This document shows, piece by piece, positions 9,264-17,590 of a stretch of 25,165 nucleotides of DNA. The notes under the pieces were generated by a model, which saw nothing but the letters and a program-made list of their open reading frames with translations, was not told the DNA's origin and did no database searches. The DNA lies in the IMG/VR virus record IMGVR_UViG_3300032272_000067, positions 1 to 25,165 of that record, one strand, 5' to 3'. Both the position numbers and the translations under genes were made by a program. The DNA is from a virus (Duplodnaviria > Caudoviricetes). Numbering within the stretch: the stretch's first letter is position 1; every line of letters begins with the position of its first letter.

Positions 9264-9773
9264 ATGCCCCAAGTTAACAACTTCAATTACATAGAATTCA
9301 ACCAATACCGGGCGGCGTATCTGAAGAACGGGGCCGACCGAAGTATGGTCGTCAATGGGTCGGTCACCCCGGTCGAATTTTCGTATTCACCCCCGGCCGG
9401 TTTTGATTTCTTGGTCAGCCGGTTGGCGGGCCATATGATTGACAACAAGACAATGAACGCCGACACCTTCGGCGGGATCGCAACGGTACTAACGAACGGG
9501 GTTCGAATCTATTTGAAAGGCCCTGACGATATCGAAACTTCCGACTTCCTTGACGGCACAACGCTACAACGCAACGGCGACTTCGACGCGTTCTTCACCA
9601 CGACTTCACTTCTTTCAAATCGCGGCATGGGGTTTCGATGGGAATCGTTCGGTATCCCTGCCCGGTTGAGAGAAAACAATTCTTTCGCGGTTTCAATCGA
9701 AGACGACTTGTCTTCACTGATTCACTTCGAAATGATTCTTCACGGCGTAATGATACCCACGGAAGGCGACTAA
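9264..9773 (+). CDS. Hypothetical phage protein
   Basis: 169 aa, tightly packed between neighbours with typical codon usage. NGSVTPVEF motif, no function assignable. Confidence 0.65.
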   Translation: MPQVNNFNYIEFNQYRAAYLKNGADRSMVVNGSVTPVEFSYSPPAGFDFLVSRLAGHMIDNKTMNADTFGGIATVLTNGVRIYLKGPDDIETSDFLDGTTLQRNGDFDAFFTTTSLLSNRGMGFRWESFGIPARLRENNSFAVSIEDDLSSLIHFEMILHGVMIPTEGD

Positions 9774-10021
9774 TGAGCAAACAACGTCCACAACGCGGCG
9801 AAAATCAAAGCCTTACCGACTATAAACTTGACCGATGCCTTGATTCTCTTGAGGGAATAGAAAGTTGCCTATTCGGCGACGACGCGGGCCGGGATGGCAT
9901 CAAGTTAGATGTTGATCGTTTGAAACGATCAAGGTCGACCCACAACGCGGTTTTGTGGGTTCTTTTCACTACACTTCTTGGCGTAGGCGGCACCGTACTA
10001 GCGGGCGTCTTCATCAAATAA
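9773..10021 (+). CDS. Small membrane protein (soluble N-terminus plus C-terminal TM helix), possibly holin/XhlA-like
   Basis: ATG 9773 in a TAATG overlap. GIKLDVDRLK followed by the hydrophobic AVLWVLFTTLLGVGGTVLAGVFI. Confidence 0.6.
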   Translation: MSKQRPQRGENQSLTDYKLDRCLDSLEGIESCLFGDDAGRDGIKLDVDRLKRSRSTHNAVLWVLFTTLLGVGGTVLAGVFIK

Positions 10022-10039
10022 CCTGAAGGATTTCAACCC

Positions 10040-10579
10040 ATGAAAATCGACGGAAAACAATTCAGTAACGACAACGCGATCTTCGGCCCGGTCGTCATCA
10101 AACGCGGCAAGGAAGAATTCGCCTTCTTCGCCCAACCGGTTTGGGACTACGTCGAATTCGACGCTATGTGCCCCCGACCGACGGCACCCGTCACCGGTTG
10201 GAACCCTACAACCGGCAAGAAAGAAGCCGACCCGAAGTCGCCCGTATATCGGGAAGCAGTCAAGAAGTACGGCCTTCAGCGATGGGGCTATCTCGTCTTG
10301 AAGTCACTTGAACCTTCGAAGCTTGATCTTTCCGATATGGGCGTCAGCATTGACGACCCCGAATCGCTGGTCAAGGTCGAAGAAGCCTTGACATACAACA
10401 AGGAAACGAACCCGAACGGATTGGGCGAATACGAACTTCTTGAAATCATGCGAATCGTCGACGAAGCGAATTGCCTTGACGCCGAAAAGTTGGAGGAAAA
10501 TAGGCAATCTTTTTTGGAACGAATGGCTTGCCAGGATACAAGTTCAGCTTGTGGCAAGCCTGCAACCGATGGGGAGTAA
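10040..10579 (+). CDS. Tail assembly chaperone (lambda G / P2 E-like)
   Basis: 179 aa downstream of the tail tube, with a slippery heptamer near its 3' end that leads into an overlapping -1 frame ORF. Confidence 0.75.
   Translation: MKIDGKQFSNDNAIFGPVVIKRGKEEFAFFAQPVWDYVEFDAMCPRPTAPVTGWNPTTGKKEADPKSPVYREAVKKYGLQRWGYLVLKSLEPSKLDLSDMGVSIDDPESLVKVEEALTYNKETNPNGLGEYELLEIMRIVDEANCLDAEKLEENRQSFLERMACQDTSSACGKPATDGE
10510..10516 (+). promoter_or_regulatory. Programmed -1 ribosomal frameshift site T TTT TTG
   Basis: Codons TCT TTT TTG (10508-10516) give an X XXY YYZ heptamer. The -1 frame (GGA ACG AAT GGC TTG CCA GGA TAC...) stays open to TGA 10720-10722. Confidence 0.78.
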
Positions 10580-10722
10580 CCCCATGGGTTGAACGATCCA
10601 AGCATCTTGACGACTTGGGTTTGAAAACACGGCTCGACATTCTTAACTATTACCAGATTGCTACACGCGGCGAATTCGAGCTTCGCCAAGCGATGGCAGA
10701 AACGAAAGGTATTTCACAATGA
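10510..10722 (+). CDS. Frameshift extension of the tail chaperone (GT/E+E'-like, fusion about 227 aa)
   Basis: -1 frame ORF ...LPGYKFSLWQACNRWGVTP...LDILNYYQI... Its stop overlaps the next gene's start (ATGA). Confidence 0.7.
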   Translation, partial: FFGTNGLPGYKFSLWQACNRWGVTPWVERSKHLDDLGLKTRLDILNYYQIATRGEFELRQAMAETKGISQ

Positions 10723-11303
10723 GTAGCTACGGCTTCTTGAACCGTGATTTCGATCCTGCCCTTCTCGCAAGGGCGATCAAGCAAATCAAAGATGGGGCTT
10801 TCTTACTTAAAGGATACTGGAAGCTTCAGGCGTGGGAAAATAAAGCCCACCAACTTGACGGGCGAAGTCGCCCAATGTGGGCCCTTGAAGGCCCGAACGG
10901 GATTGTCGACACCGGCATTCACCACGTTCTTGACCGTTTCAATGATACGGCGGGTCCTGAAGCAACGCTTGCCCCATGGTACGCGGGCCTGATCGACAAC
11001 GCGAGCTTTACCGGTTTGGCTGACGCCGACACGATGGCAAGTCACGCGGGTTGGATTGAAAACCAAGACTATTCCGAAGGGGTTCGTCAAACGCTTTCCT
11101 TTTCAGCGGCGGCGACGCGATCGATCAGCGATTCAGTTTCCTTTTCGATCAACGCAACGGTCACCATCGAAGGGTTGTTCGTTTCGAGCGATTCGACGAA
11201 AGGCGGCACGTCGGGCACACTGTTTTCAACGGCCCAATTTGCATCGGCCCCGGCGTTAGTTTCGGGAAATACATTAACGGCTAATTATACTTTATCAGAT
11301 TAA
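10719..11303 (+). CDS. Tail-associated structural protein
   Basis: N.IVDTG...WYAGLI...ADADTMASHAGW.E...Y....RQ...FSINATVTI.G.F...GTLFS...V.GNTLT.NYT is a motif series recalled from a widespread phage structural family. Confidence 0.65.
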   Translation: MSSYGFLNRDFDPALLARAIKQIKDGAFLLKGYWKLQAWENKAHQLDGRSRPMWALEGPNGIVDTGIHHVLDRFNDTAGPEATLAPWYAGLIDNASFTGLADADTMASHAGWIENQDYSEGVRQTLSFSAAATRSISDSVSFSINATVTIEGLFVSSDSTKGGTSGTLFSTAQFASAPALVSGNTLTANYTLSD

Positions 11304-11917
11304 ACCCTACAACCCTTAGACAAATTGTCCAAGGCCCACAAAGGTTGAAGATTAGAGAAATGGCAAGCTTGCAAAAACTCAGAACGAATGGTAAGGTCAA
11401 ACGACGCCAGTGGGCGAACGTGGTCGATATGCCATTCCCCGTAGTTCTTCCAAGTCATACCGGGGGTGAACTGCATTTCAAGCCAAAGCTTCAACTTTGG
11501 CAACGAACACCCAAGGTCTTTAACAGCCGAACCCCTTTTGAATTCGCGGGCGACGACTTTGCTAAGGCGGCTTCTAAGGTTGCAAGCGATTCGGAAACTA
11601 GGGTCAACTTTCTTCCGCCCAATTCGTTGGGTCGACTGACGGTTGTTGATTCTCTTTTTGTTCTTTTGATAATGCTGGCTAACCGACTTGAGTCGATTCT
11701 TACGATTATTCTGGTATGCCTTTTTGTAGTCGGGCGGGTTGTTTTTTCGCCATGCCTCCGATCTGGCGTATGCCCTAACTTTCATCGCCGGGTTAAGGTG
11801 GCGATTGATAGTCATTGCACAGAAGCCAACAGATTCGGCAATTTCCCGATACGTTGCACCACGACAACGCATCAAAACACATTTCGTAACATCGGCGGGG
11901 GTCATCTTCTTGGCCAT
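11300..11917 (-). CDS. Free-standing HNH (endonuclease VII-like) homing endonuclease with N-terminal HTH
   Basis: NLRSRL...LGCS...LEMQF..GMTWKNYGEWHIDHVRPLASFDL...CHFSNLQPLWALDNLSKG. HTH-like RGATYREIAESVGFCAMTINRHL and a basic linker. More AT-rich than its flanks and antisense to the operon. Start at ATG 11917 (or 11941). Confidence 0.88.
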   Translation of the reverse strand: MAKKMTPADVTKCVLMRCRGATYREIAESVGFCAMTINRHLNPAMKVRAYARSEAWRKNNPPDYKKAYQNNRKNRLKSVSQHYQKNKKRINNRQSTQRIGRKKVDPSFRIACNLRSRLSKVVAREFKRGSAVKDLGCSLPKLKLWLEMQFTPGMTWKNYGEWHIDHVRPLASFDLTIRSEFLQACHFSNLQPLWALDNLSKGCRV

Positions 11918-11968
11918 GCCGCTTAACCGTGCAAACTTCATTCCAAAACAAGAAAGGCTTTCACAATC

Positions 11969-12754
11969 ATGGGAGCACTAGCAAACCTAAGAACGAACCG
12001 CAAAACCTTTAAGGTTGGTTCACCCCTTGACCAATGGGCCGTCAGGCAAATCAAGCGGTTGAATAACGACAACGGGGCGGCGGGCGATATCCCGGTCGAA
12101 ACGTTGGCGGCGGCGGCTGACGGCGTATACGCCCAAGCACAATCGACACAATCATCGGGCAACCATACCCTGACGATCACGATTCGTCAAAGCGACGGAT
12201 CGGTCGAAACGTTCACAACTGGCAATATCGCCTTCGACGCGGTCGCGGCGACCGTAGAATCGGCAATCGATTCGGCGGCAACGACGGCTTCGGTCACCGA
12301 TTGGACGAATGCCGACATTTCGGTCGGCGGCACGTCAGTCGACAACGCCAGCGGCTTGACCTACACGTTCGACGGGGCTTCGGTCACCGAAAGACCGGTC
12401 ACGGTTGAACTGACAGACGTCGACGGGGCGGGCGGGGCTTGGGGTGCTGTCACGGCGACTACACGCGGAAGCCTTGAACGGGCGGCATGGTCGATCTTGT
12501 TGTCGTATGGAATCATCGAATCGACGATTCCAGAACAAGACGCGGTAGCTTCCCTGACGTCAGTTACGAAAGGAACGGGAACCGAAACGAACCTTCTTCC
12601 GGCCGTGATCGTCAAGCAACTAATGATGGAAGCGGCGGCTGAAGATGCCAACAACGGGGCCTATTTCAGTCTCGAAAAGGCTATCATGCCGCAAGATCGA
12701 TCGCCACTAGTTCAACCCCGCTTGACGGGTGACGGTGACGTTCACAACGCGTAA
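11969..12754 (+). CDS. Virion-associated protein carrying the same beta module as the head-tail adaptor
   Basis: GNHTLTI...TFTTGNIAFDAVAATVESAIDSAATTASVTDWTN is paralogous to 3918-4103. Confidence 0.7.
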   Translation: MGALANLRTNRKTFKVGSPLDQWAVRQIKRLNNDNGAAGDIPVETLAAAADGVYAQAQSTQSSGNHTLTITIRQSDGSVETFTTGNIAFDAVAATVESAIDSAATTASVTDWTNADISVGGTSVDNASGLTYTFDGASVTERPVTVELTDVDGAGGAWGAVTATTRGSLERAAWSILLSYGIIESTIPEQDAVASLTSVTKGTGTETNLLPAVIVKQLMMEAAAEDANNGAYFSLEKAIMPQDRSPLVQPRLTGDGDVHNA

Positions 12755-12778
12755 AGGCCCTTTCATGGGTGGGGCCTT

Positions 12779-12808
12779 GGGTTTCGGGCATGGATGCCCG
12801 GCCCTTTT
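12779..12808 (+). terminator. Rho-independent terminator
   Basis: GGG..CGGGCA-tgga-TGCCCG.CCC followed by TTTT. A second hairpin AAGGCCC/GGGCCTT lies just upstream (12754-12778). Confidence 0.6.
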
Positions 12809-12859
12809 CCGAATTCAATAATCAAACAAGCCGAATATATCGAAAGAAGGTGATCCAAG

Positions 12860-13927
12860 ATGTCGTTGATATGGCTTGATAGCTTCGGGGCGTATGGCAC
12901 GGGGGAAACTTCGACAACGCTTGAAAACTTATTGAAGGAACGATATGTAAACGCGAACACCGACGCGGGTACACAAAAGGGAATAATTGAAGCGGGTACA
13001 GGGCCCGGCAAAACCCTAAGCTTTGGCGACGGGTCAACAAGCGACTTCCTGACGGCGGGTCTTTTCGGAACCCCGAACGCCGAAGTGTACGTGTCTTTTA
13101 AGATGTACTTCGACACCCCGGTCGGGTCGGCGACGGGGTTCTTGCGGTTCTTCAATCCTTCAGCACTCGAAGTCTTAGAACTTGGGATTGACGATACGCG
13201 GACCTTCTTCGTCCACTCGAAAGGGGCGACCGATCAAGATAAATTCTACCCCCTAGACTGGTACGAAAATGAATGGAACCTCATCGAAATGTATGCCAAA
13301 TCGGCATCATCCCCGAACGGGGCATACGAAGTCCGGATCAACGGAACGTCGGTAAGTTCCGGCACCGGCCTAGATACGTCCCAAACGGGCGGGGCAACGA
13401 TAGATCGCGTCGTTATCCAAAATCAAGGCAGCGGAAGCAGTTCACAATTCAAGATAAAGGATCTGGTCATCAACGACGGGGCCGGGTCGACAAATAACAC
13501 TTGGGTCGGCGAAAAGCAAGTCTTCGCATTGTTCCCGAACGGTGACACGGCTGACGAAGATTGGGCACTTTCGGCCGGGTCCGATTCCTATGCCCTGATC
13601 GACGAAGCAAGCAACGACGGCGGCACGTCTTACATTGAATCAAGTACGGCAACCGAAAAGACAATTCTTGACTACGGGGCGACGGGTTCCGAAGCGAACG
13701 TCATCGGGATTTCAATTCATTCGGTCGTTGCACTTGACGCGGCCGGTTCCGAAACGTTCGACGACATCGTCGCGGAAGGGGCAACCGAAACCGATTCGGC
13801 GGCCCATACCGTGGCTTCGACGTCATACGCTATGTTTGACACCGTTTACGAAACAAACCCCGACACGGGGGTCGCATGGACGGCGGCGGAATTGGACGCA
13901 ATACAAGGGGGCGTGAAGTTCAACTAA
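12860..13927 (+). CDS. Virion structural protein, lectin/LamG-like N-domain (paralog 1)
   Basis: AAGGTGA RBS. MSLIWLDSF start, W..IE....GAYEVRING, KDLVINDG.G, C-terminal ETNPDTGVAWT. Confidence 0.7.
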   Translation: MSLIWLDSFGAYGTGETSTTLENLLKERYVNANTDAGTQKGIIEAGTGPGKTLSFGDGSTSDFLTAGLFGTPNAEVYVSFKMYFDTPVGSATGFLRFFNPSALEVLELGIDDTRTFFVHSKGATDQDKFYPLDWYENEWNLIEMYAKSASSPNGAYEVRINGTSVSSGTGLDTSQTGGATIDRVVIQNQGSGSSSQFKIKDLVINDGAGSTNNTWVGEKQVFALFPNGDTADEDWALSAGSDSYALIDEASNDGGTSYIESSTATEKTILDYGATGSEANVIGISIHSVVALDAAGSETFDDIVAEGATETDSAAHTVASTSYAMFDTVYETNPDTGVAWTAAELDAIQGGVKFN

Positions 13928-15012
13928 TGGCACTGCTACACCTAGAAGGGTTCGAATGGCTATCGTCGATCACCCGCGACAACTTGACAACTGAAATGGA
14001 CCGGTGGTGGTCTTGGTCTGATACGGGTACGGGGGCTTCCGATGCCATGCAAACAAGCCGGACGGGGTACGTCGGTTTGGCCCTGACGGCAATTTCACAA
14101 GATTGGACTTTCCGAAAACACCGGCAACCAGACGACGCCGATAACACGCTAGTCATCGGTATGTTCATCAAGACGCCAACCGTTCTATCATCCTTCACGG
14201 AAATACTTCGGGCATACGCGGGCGAATCGGTGCAATTCTCTTTCCAATCAAATAGCGACGGAACCCTTGATTTCTACCGGGGCACGGGTTCGCTATTAGG
14301 AACGTCGACCTTTGCCTTCTCCGCTAATACGAAATACTATGTCGAATTCAAGGTAGTAGTCGGCGACGGCACAAACGGGTCCATGGAAATGTGGGTCGCC
14401 GACTTGTCAAGCGACGATGATACCGTGACGGCCCAAGAATGGACAATCACCAGCGTCGACACTAGAAGTTCAACGTCAGCATATGAAACTAGTTGGGATG
14501 CGGTTCAGCTGTTTTCTTGGGGGGCGACGACTATTTACGACGACATCTACATATGCGACGGAACGGGGAGCACCAATAACGATTTGCTCGGTAACCTATA
14601 CGTCGAAGCGATCACGCCCACGGGGGCGGGCACGACGACCGACTTCACCCCATCGGCCGGGTCGAACTATCAGAACGTGGACGAAACCGGATTAAGCGAT
14701 GACGACACCACGTACAATGAAGCGACGGCCAACGGCGACATTGATCTTTATTCAATGTCAAACCTACCCGGCGGGGGTGACATATTCGGGGTTCAAGTTC
14801 AGGCCGAAGTTCGGGTCACTGAAGGCGACATGCGAAAGGTCAAGCTTCTTGCCCGCGAAGGTACTACGACCGGGGCAAGCGGGCAATTCTCGACACTAAA
14901 CGACACCTACGGTGGGCGGGCCTACGTGTTCGAAACAAACCCCGATACGTCACTTGCGTGGACGTCTACCGAAGTTGACGCGATAGAATGCGGCATTGAA
15001 CAAGACGCCTAG
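13927..15012 (+). CDS. Virion structural protein, lectin/LamG-like N-domain (paralog 2)
   Basis: TAATG overlap. MALLHLEGFE start, YYVEFKV...GSMEMWV, DDIYICDGTG, C-terminal ETNPDTSLAWT. Confidence 0.7.
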   Translation: MALLHLEGFEWLSSITRDNLTTEMDRWWSWSDTGTGASDAMQTSRTGYVGLALTAISQDWTFRKHRQPDDADNTLVIGMFIKTPTVLSSFTEILRAYAGESVQFSFQSNSDGTLDFYRGTGSLLGTSTFAFSANTKYYVEFKVVVGDGTNGSMEMWVADLSSDDDTVTAQEWTITSVDTRSSTSAYETSWDAVQLFSWGATTIYDDIYICDGTGSTNNDLLGNLYVEAITPTGAGTTTDFTPSAGSNYQNVDETGLSDDDTTYNEATANGDIDLYSMSNLPGGGDIFGVQVQAEVRVTEGDMRKVKLLAREGTTTGASGQFSTLNDTYGGRAYVFETNPDTSLAWTSTEVDAIECGIEQDA

Positions 15013-15026
15013 AAAGGCCCCGACCC

Positions 15027-16289
15027 ATGGCAGCGATACGCTTAACGCAACAACATATCCAATACGCGGCCGACGCTTCGACGAATTCAGTCGTCAGGGT
15101 CACGCGGCTATTCGCCCAAGTTGCCCGGTCTTCGGCGGGTGCGGTTGTCAAAGTCGTCAACCAAACTATATTCGCAACGACGCCCCAAACGCTCGTCTTT
15201 GAAGATCATTTCTTCGTCAATGCGAACTTAACAATCTTCGGCGACGTCGCTGACAACGAATGGACTTACGACCCGGTCTACAATGTATTCATAAGCCAAG
15301 CCCTATTCGGGGCGGCGGGCGACAATACGGCCGAAGCCTTATACTTCCCCGTAGCCCATACCATGCTATCGGGCGTCGCAAGCCCTGACGCCTACCGCGA
15401 AATCACGCAATACCTAGGATTCACCGAACGATTCTTCGAAGACGTTACGCAACTATTGTTTACCGAACTTGAACCGGGCGTCGCCACGATCGCCGAATCG
15501 GTTTCGGTTCTCCACGTCATGTTCAGCGTAGGCCCCCAGGTGGCACAAGCTCACAACGCTTCTGATTCTCTTGGATGGTCAACGGCTGTCGCCCAAGTCT
15601 TCGATAATTCGATCCTTGAACGTATGGGGCTATCGGAAACCCTTGATAGTTCGGCGACCGGATACGGGCGAAGCGAAACCCACGGCGGTTTCATGAAGCA
15701 ATCGATCGCGATCAGCGTCACCGGGAACGCTTGCCGTGAAGAAGAATATTCGCCGTTGATCGGCGAGAGCGGCGACGAAACCTTCGAATCGATGGCGGTC
15801 GCGGGGCCGGTCTTGTCCGACGGCAATACCCTGACGCTGACCTATCCCTTTGTATCCCCCACGTTGACCCTGATCCTTGAAAACCCCGACTTCGGCAATA
15901 CCGACACCTTCAACTTTACACGGCTTGACCGAAAGACGCGGGGCGGCGATCGTAAACTTTTGACCGATGCAAAGTGGGCCAAGTGGGAACGTCTAGAGCT
16001 TTCGATGACGGGCATTGATTGCAACGCGACAGTCGACGAAATTATCACCTTCCTAAACGCGTCACTAGGCAAAGAAATCGGGTTCGCCGATTGGGAGGGC
16101 CGAACGTGGAAGGGAATTATCGTGGCACCCGACACCGACATCATTGAACAACAAACCGGGCGGGCGTTGAAACTAGTCTTCGAAGGCGAAGTAACAACGC
16201 TCGACGTGCAATACAATGACTTCGACGTCATACACGGCCAAGACACCGACGGTACAAACATCCAAGTTACCTATGAAGAAAGCGAATAG
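15027..16289 (+). CDS. Minor tail protein with a C-terminal Dit/gpM-like domain
   Basis: 420 aa. The C-terminal L.NPDFGNT...KTRGG...FL....G.EI.F.DWEGRTW is paralogous to 17587-17988. Confidence 0.6.
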   Translation: MAAIRLTQQHIQYAADASTNSVVRVTRLFAQVARSSAGAVVKVVNQTIFATTPQTLVFEDHFFVNANLTIFGDVADNEWTYDPVYNVFISQALFGAAGDNTAEALYFPVAHTMLSGVASPDAYREITQYLGFTERFFEDVTQLLFTELEPGVATIAESVSVLHVMFSVGPQVAQAHNASDSLGWSTAVAQVFDNSILERMGLSETLDSSATGYGRSETHGGFMKQSIAISVTGNACREEEYSPLIGESGDETFESMAVAGPVLSDGNTLTLTYPFVSPTLTLILENPDFGNTDTFNFTRLDRKTRGGDRKLLTDAKWAKWERLELSMTGIDCNATVDEIITFLNASLGKEIGFADWEGRTWKGIIVAPDTDIIEQQTGRALKLVFEGEVTTLDVQYNDFDVIHGQDTDGTNIQVTYEESE

Positions 16290-16293
16290 ATAA

Positions 16294-17415
16294 ATGGCAA
16301 CCATAATCGACCTACAATCATTGGATCGGGATATCTTCGTCAGGGGCGACGACGCGATCGCCCGAACGATCACCCTAGGCCAAACCGGGGCGGTCGATGA
16401 CGACGTCGTCGTTGATTCGGGCAATTGGGGCGTCACGGCGGCGGGCGTCGGCACATTCGCGGGCGTTGTTAACTTGAACGGCGGGGCGACGGCACCTTCG
16501 GCGTCTTCGGGCGGTTCGTGCGAAGTCTTTGGCAGCGGGGCGGGTGCTGCTCTGACGACCGGGTTCGGGGTCAATGCGTTTGGCAACGGGGCACTTGCGG
16601 CCAATACTTCCGGGAACAATAACATAGGCATCGGCGTCAACGCGGGTGATGGCATCACCGACGGGGCCGACAATATCGTCATCGGCAACAACGCCTACCG
16701 GTCGGCGTCTTCTTCAAGCAACGAAATAGCGATCGGATCGCAAGCGATGCGGTACTACGAAGGGGCGAATTCTATAGCAATCGGGACTAATGCGATGGCG
16801 GGTTCGCAAGTCACACCATTGACGGCGAACTTTTGCGTCGCGATCGGGACGAATGTTATGGTCGCGGCGGAAGGGGCGGCTTGGAATAATATCGGGATTG
16901 GGGGTTCAGCCCTTACAAGCCTGACGACGGCGACGGGCAATACCGCGATCGGGAAAGACGGCGGCAAGCTGATCACGACGGGCGTCAACAATATCATGAT
17001 CGGCAACGGGGCGGGCGAAACGACCACAACAGGGGCGTCGAACATCATTATCGGGTCGGGCGTCGATGCCGATTCAGCAACCCAAACGGGGCAACTGAAG
17101 ATTGCCTACGGGCCCGCACAAACGCCGACTATCACGGCCGATATGCCGAACGGCCTTGTTGGCGTTAATATGGAATTGACCGACGTTGACGCGACGCTTC
17201 ATGTCACGACCGACGCGGGCGACGCGGTTTCGTGCCTGAAGCTTGAACAAGACGACACCGACGACGAGTTCATCGACTTCGAAGGAACGTCAACGGCGAA
17301 CGGTCTTTCGAGCATTTCTTCACTTACGGCGGGCAATACGATCCAAGGGTTCTATCGAATCAACGTGAACGGGGTTCAACGTTGGGCACCATTTTACGAC
17401 GTCCCAACTAGCTAG
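16294..17415 (+). CDS. Tail fibre/adhesin with YadA-head (Hep_Hag)-like repeats
   Basis: About nine tandem N/S-x-x-I-G repeats: NIGIGVNAG, NIVIGNNAY, EIAIGSQAM, SIAIGTNAM, CVAIGTNVM, NIGIGGSAL, NTAIGKDGG, NIMIGNGAG, NIIIGSGVD. Confidence 0.75.
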   Translation: MATIIDLQSLDRDIFVRGDDAIARTITLGQTGAVDDDVVVDSGNWGVTAAGVGTFAGVVNLNGGATAPSASSGGSCEVFGSGAGAALTTGFGVNAFGNGALAANTSGNNNIGIGVNAGDGITDGADNIVIGNNAYRSASSSSNEIAIGSQAMRYYEGANSIAIGTNAMAGSQVTPLTANFCVAIGTNVMVAAEGAAWNNIGIGGSALTSLTTATGNTAIGKDGGKLITTGVNNIMIGNGAGETTTTGASNIIIGSGVDADSATQTGQLKIAYGPAQTPTITADMPNGLVGVNMELTDVDATLHVTTDAGDAVSCLKLEQDDTDDEFIDFEGTSTANGLSSISSLTAGNTIQGFYRINVNGVQRWAPFYDVPTS

Positions 17416-17425
17416 AGGTGATGTT

Positions 17426-17590
17426 GTGCCCGCGAAAGACCCCGAAGAAGCAATCAAACTAGGTCGCGAACTGATATTGAAGGTCGCCGAAGTCAACGGG
17501 GTTCAATACTTGACAAAGGCGGAAGTTCGGCGTATAATGGCCCTTGCTGATCATTTCAGCGATAGGGCGGAAATTCTGAGGAATCAATGA
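17426..17590 (+). CDS. Small hypothetical protein (54 aa), not in ORF track
   Basis: GAGGTG RBS (17415-20), GTG start, MPAKDPEEAIKLGRELILKVAEVNGVQYLTKAEVRRIMALADHFSDRAEILRNQ*. Its TGA overlaps the next ATG and it fills the gap exactly. Confidence 0.65.
   Translation: MPAKDPEEAIKLGRELILKVAEVNGVQYLTKAEVRRIMALADHFSDRAEILRNQ
17510..17538 (+). promoter_or_regulatory. Perfect consensus sigma70-type promoter
   Basis: TTGACA (17510-15), 17-bp spacer AAGGCGGAAGTTCGGCG, TATAAT (17533-38). Confidence 0.8.

Noticed and set aside
11345-11926. 193-aa + strand ORF in the operon direction
   Set aside because: It is the antisense shadow of the HNH gene, which has clear family motifs. It has no recognisable motif or RBS.
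11300-11941. Group I intron or IS element around the HNH gene
   Set aside because: Both flanking genes look complete with their own stop and start. No intron core, terminal inverted repeats or target duplication seen.
12860-17415. Diversity-generating retroelement or invertible tail-fibre cassette
   Set aside because: No reverse transcriptase or invertase in the window. The paralogous segments differ at all base types, not only at adenines, and no flanking inversion sites were seen.
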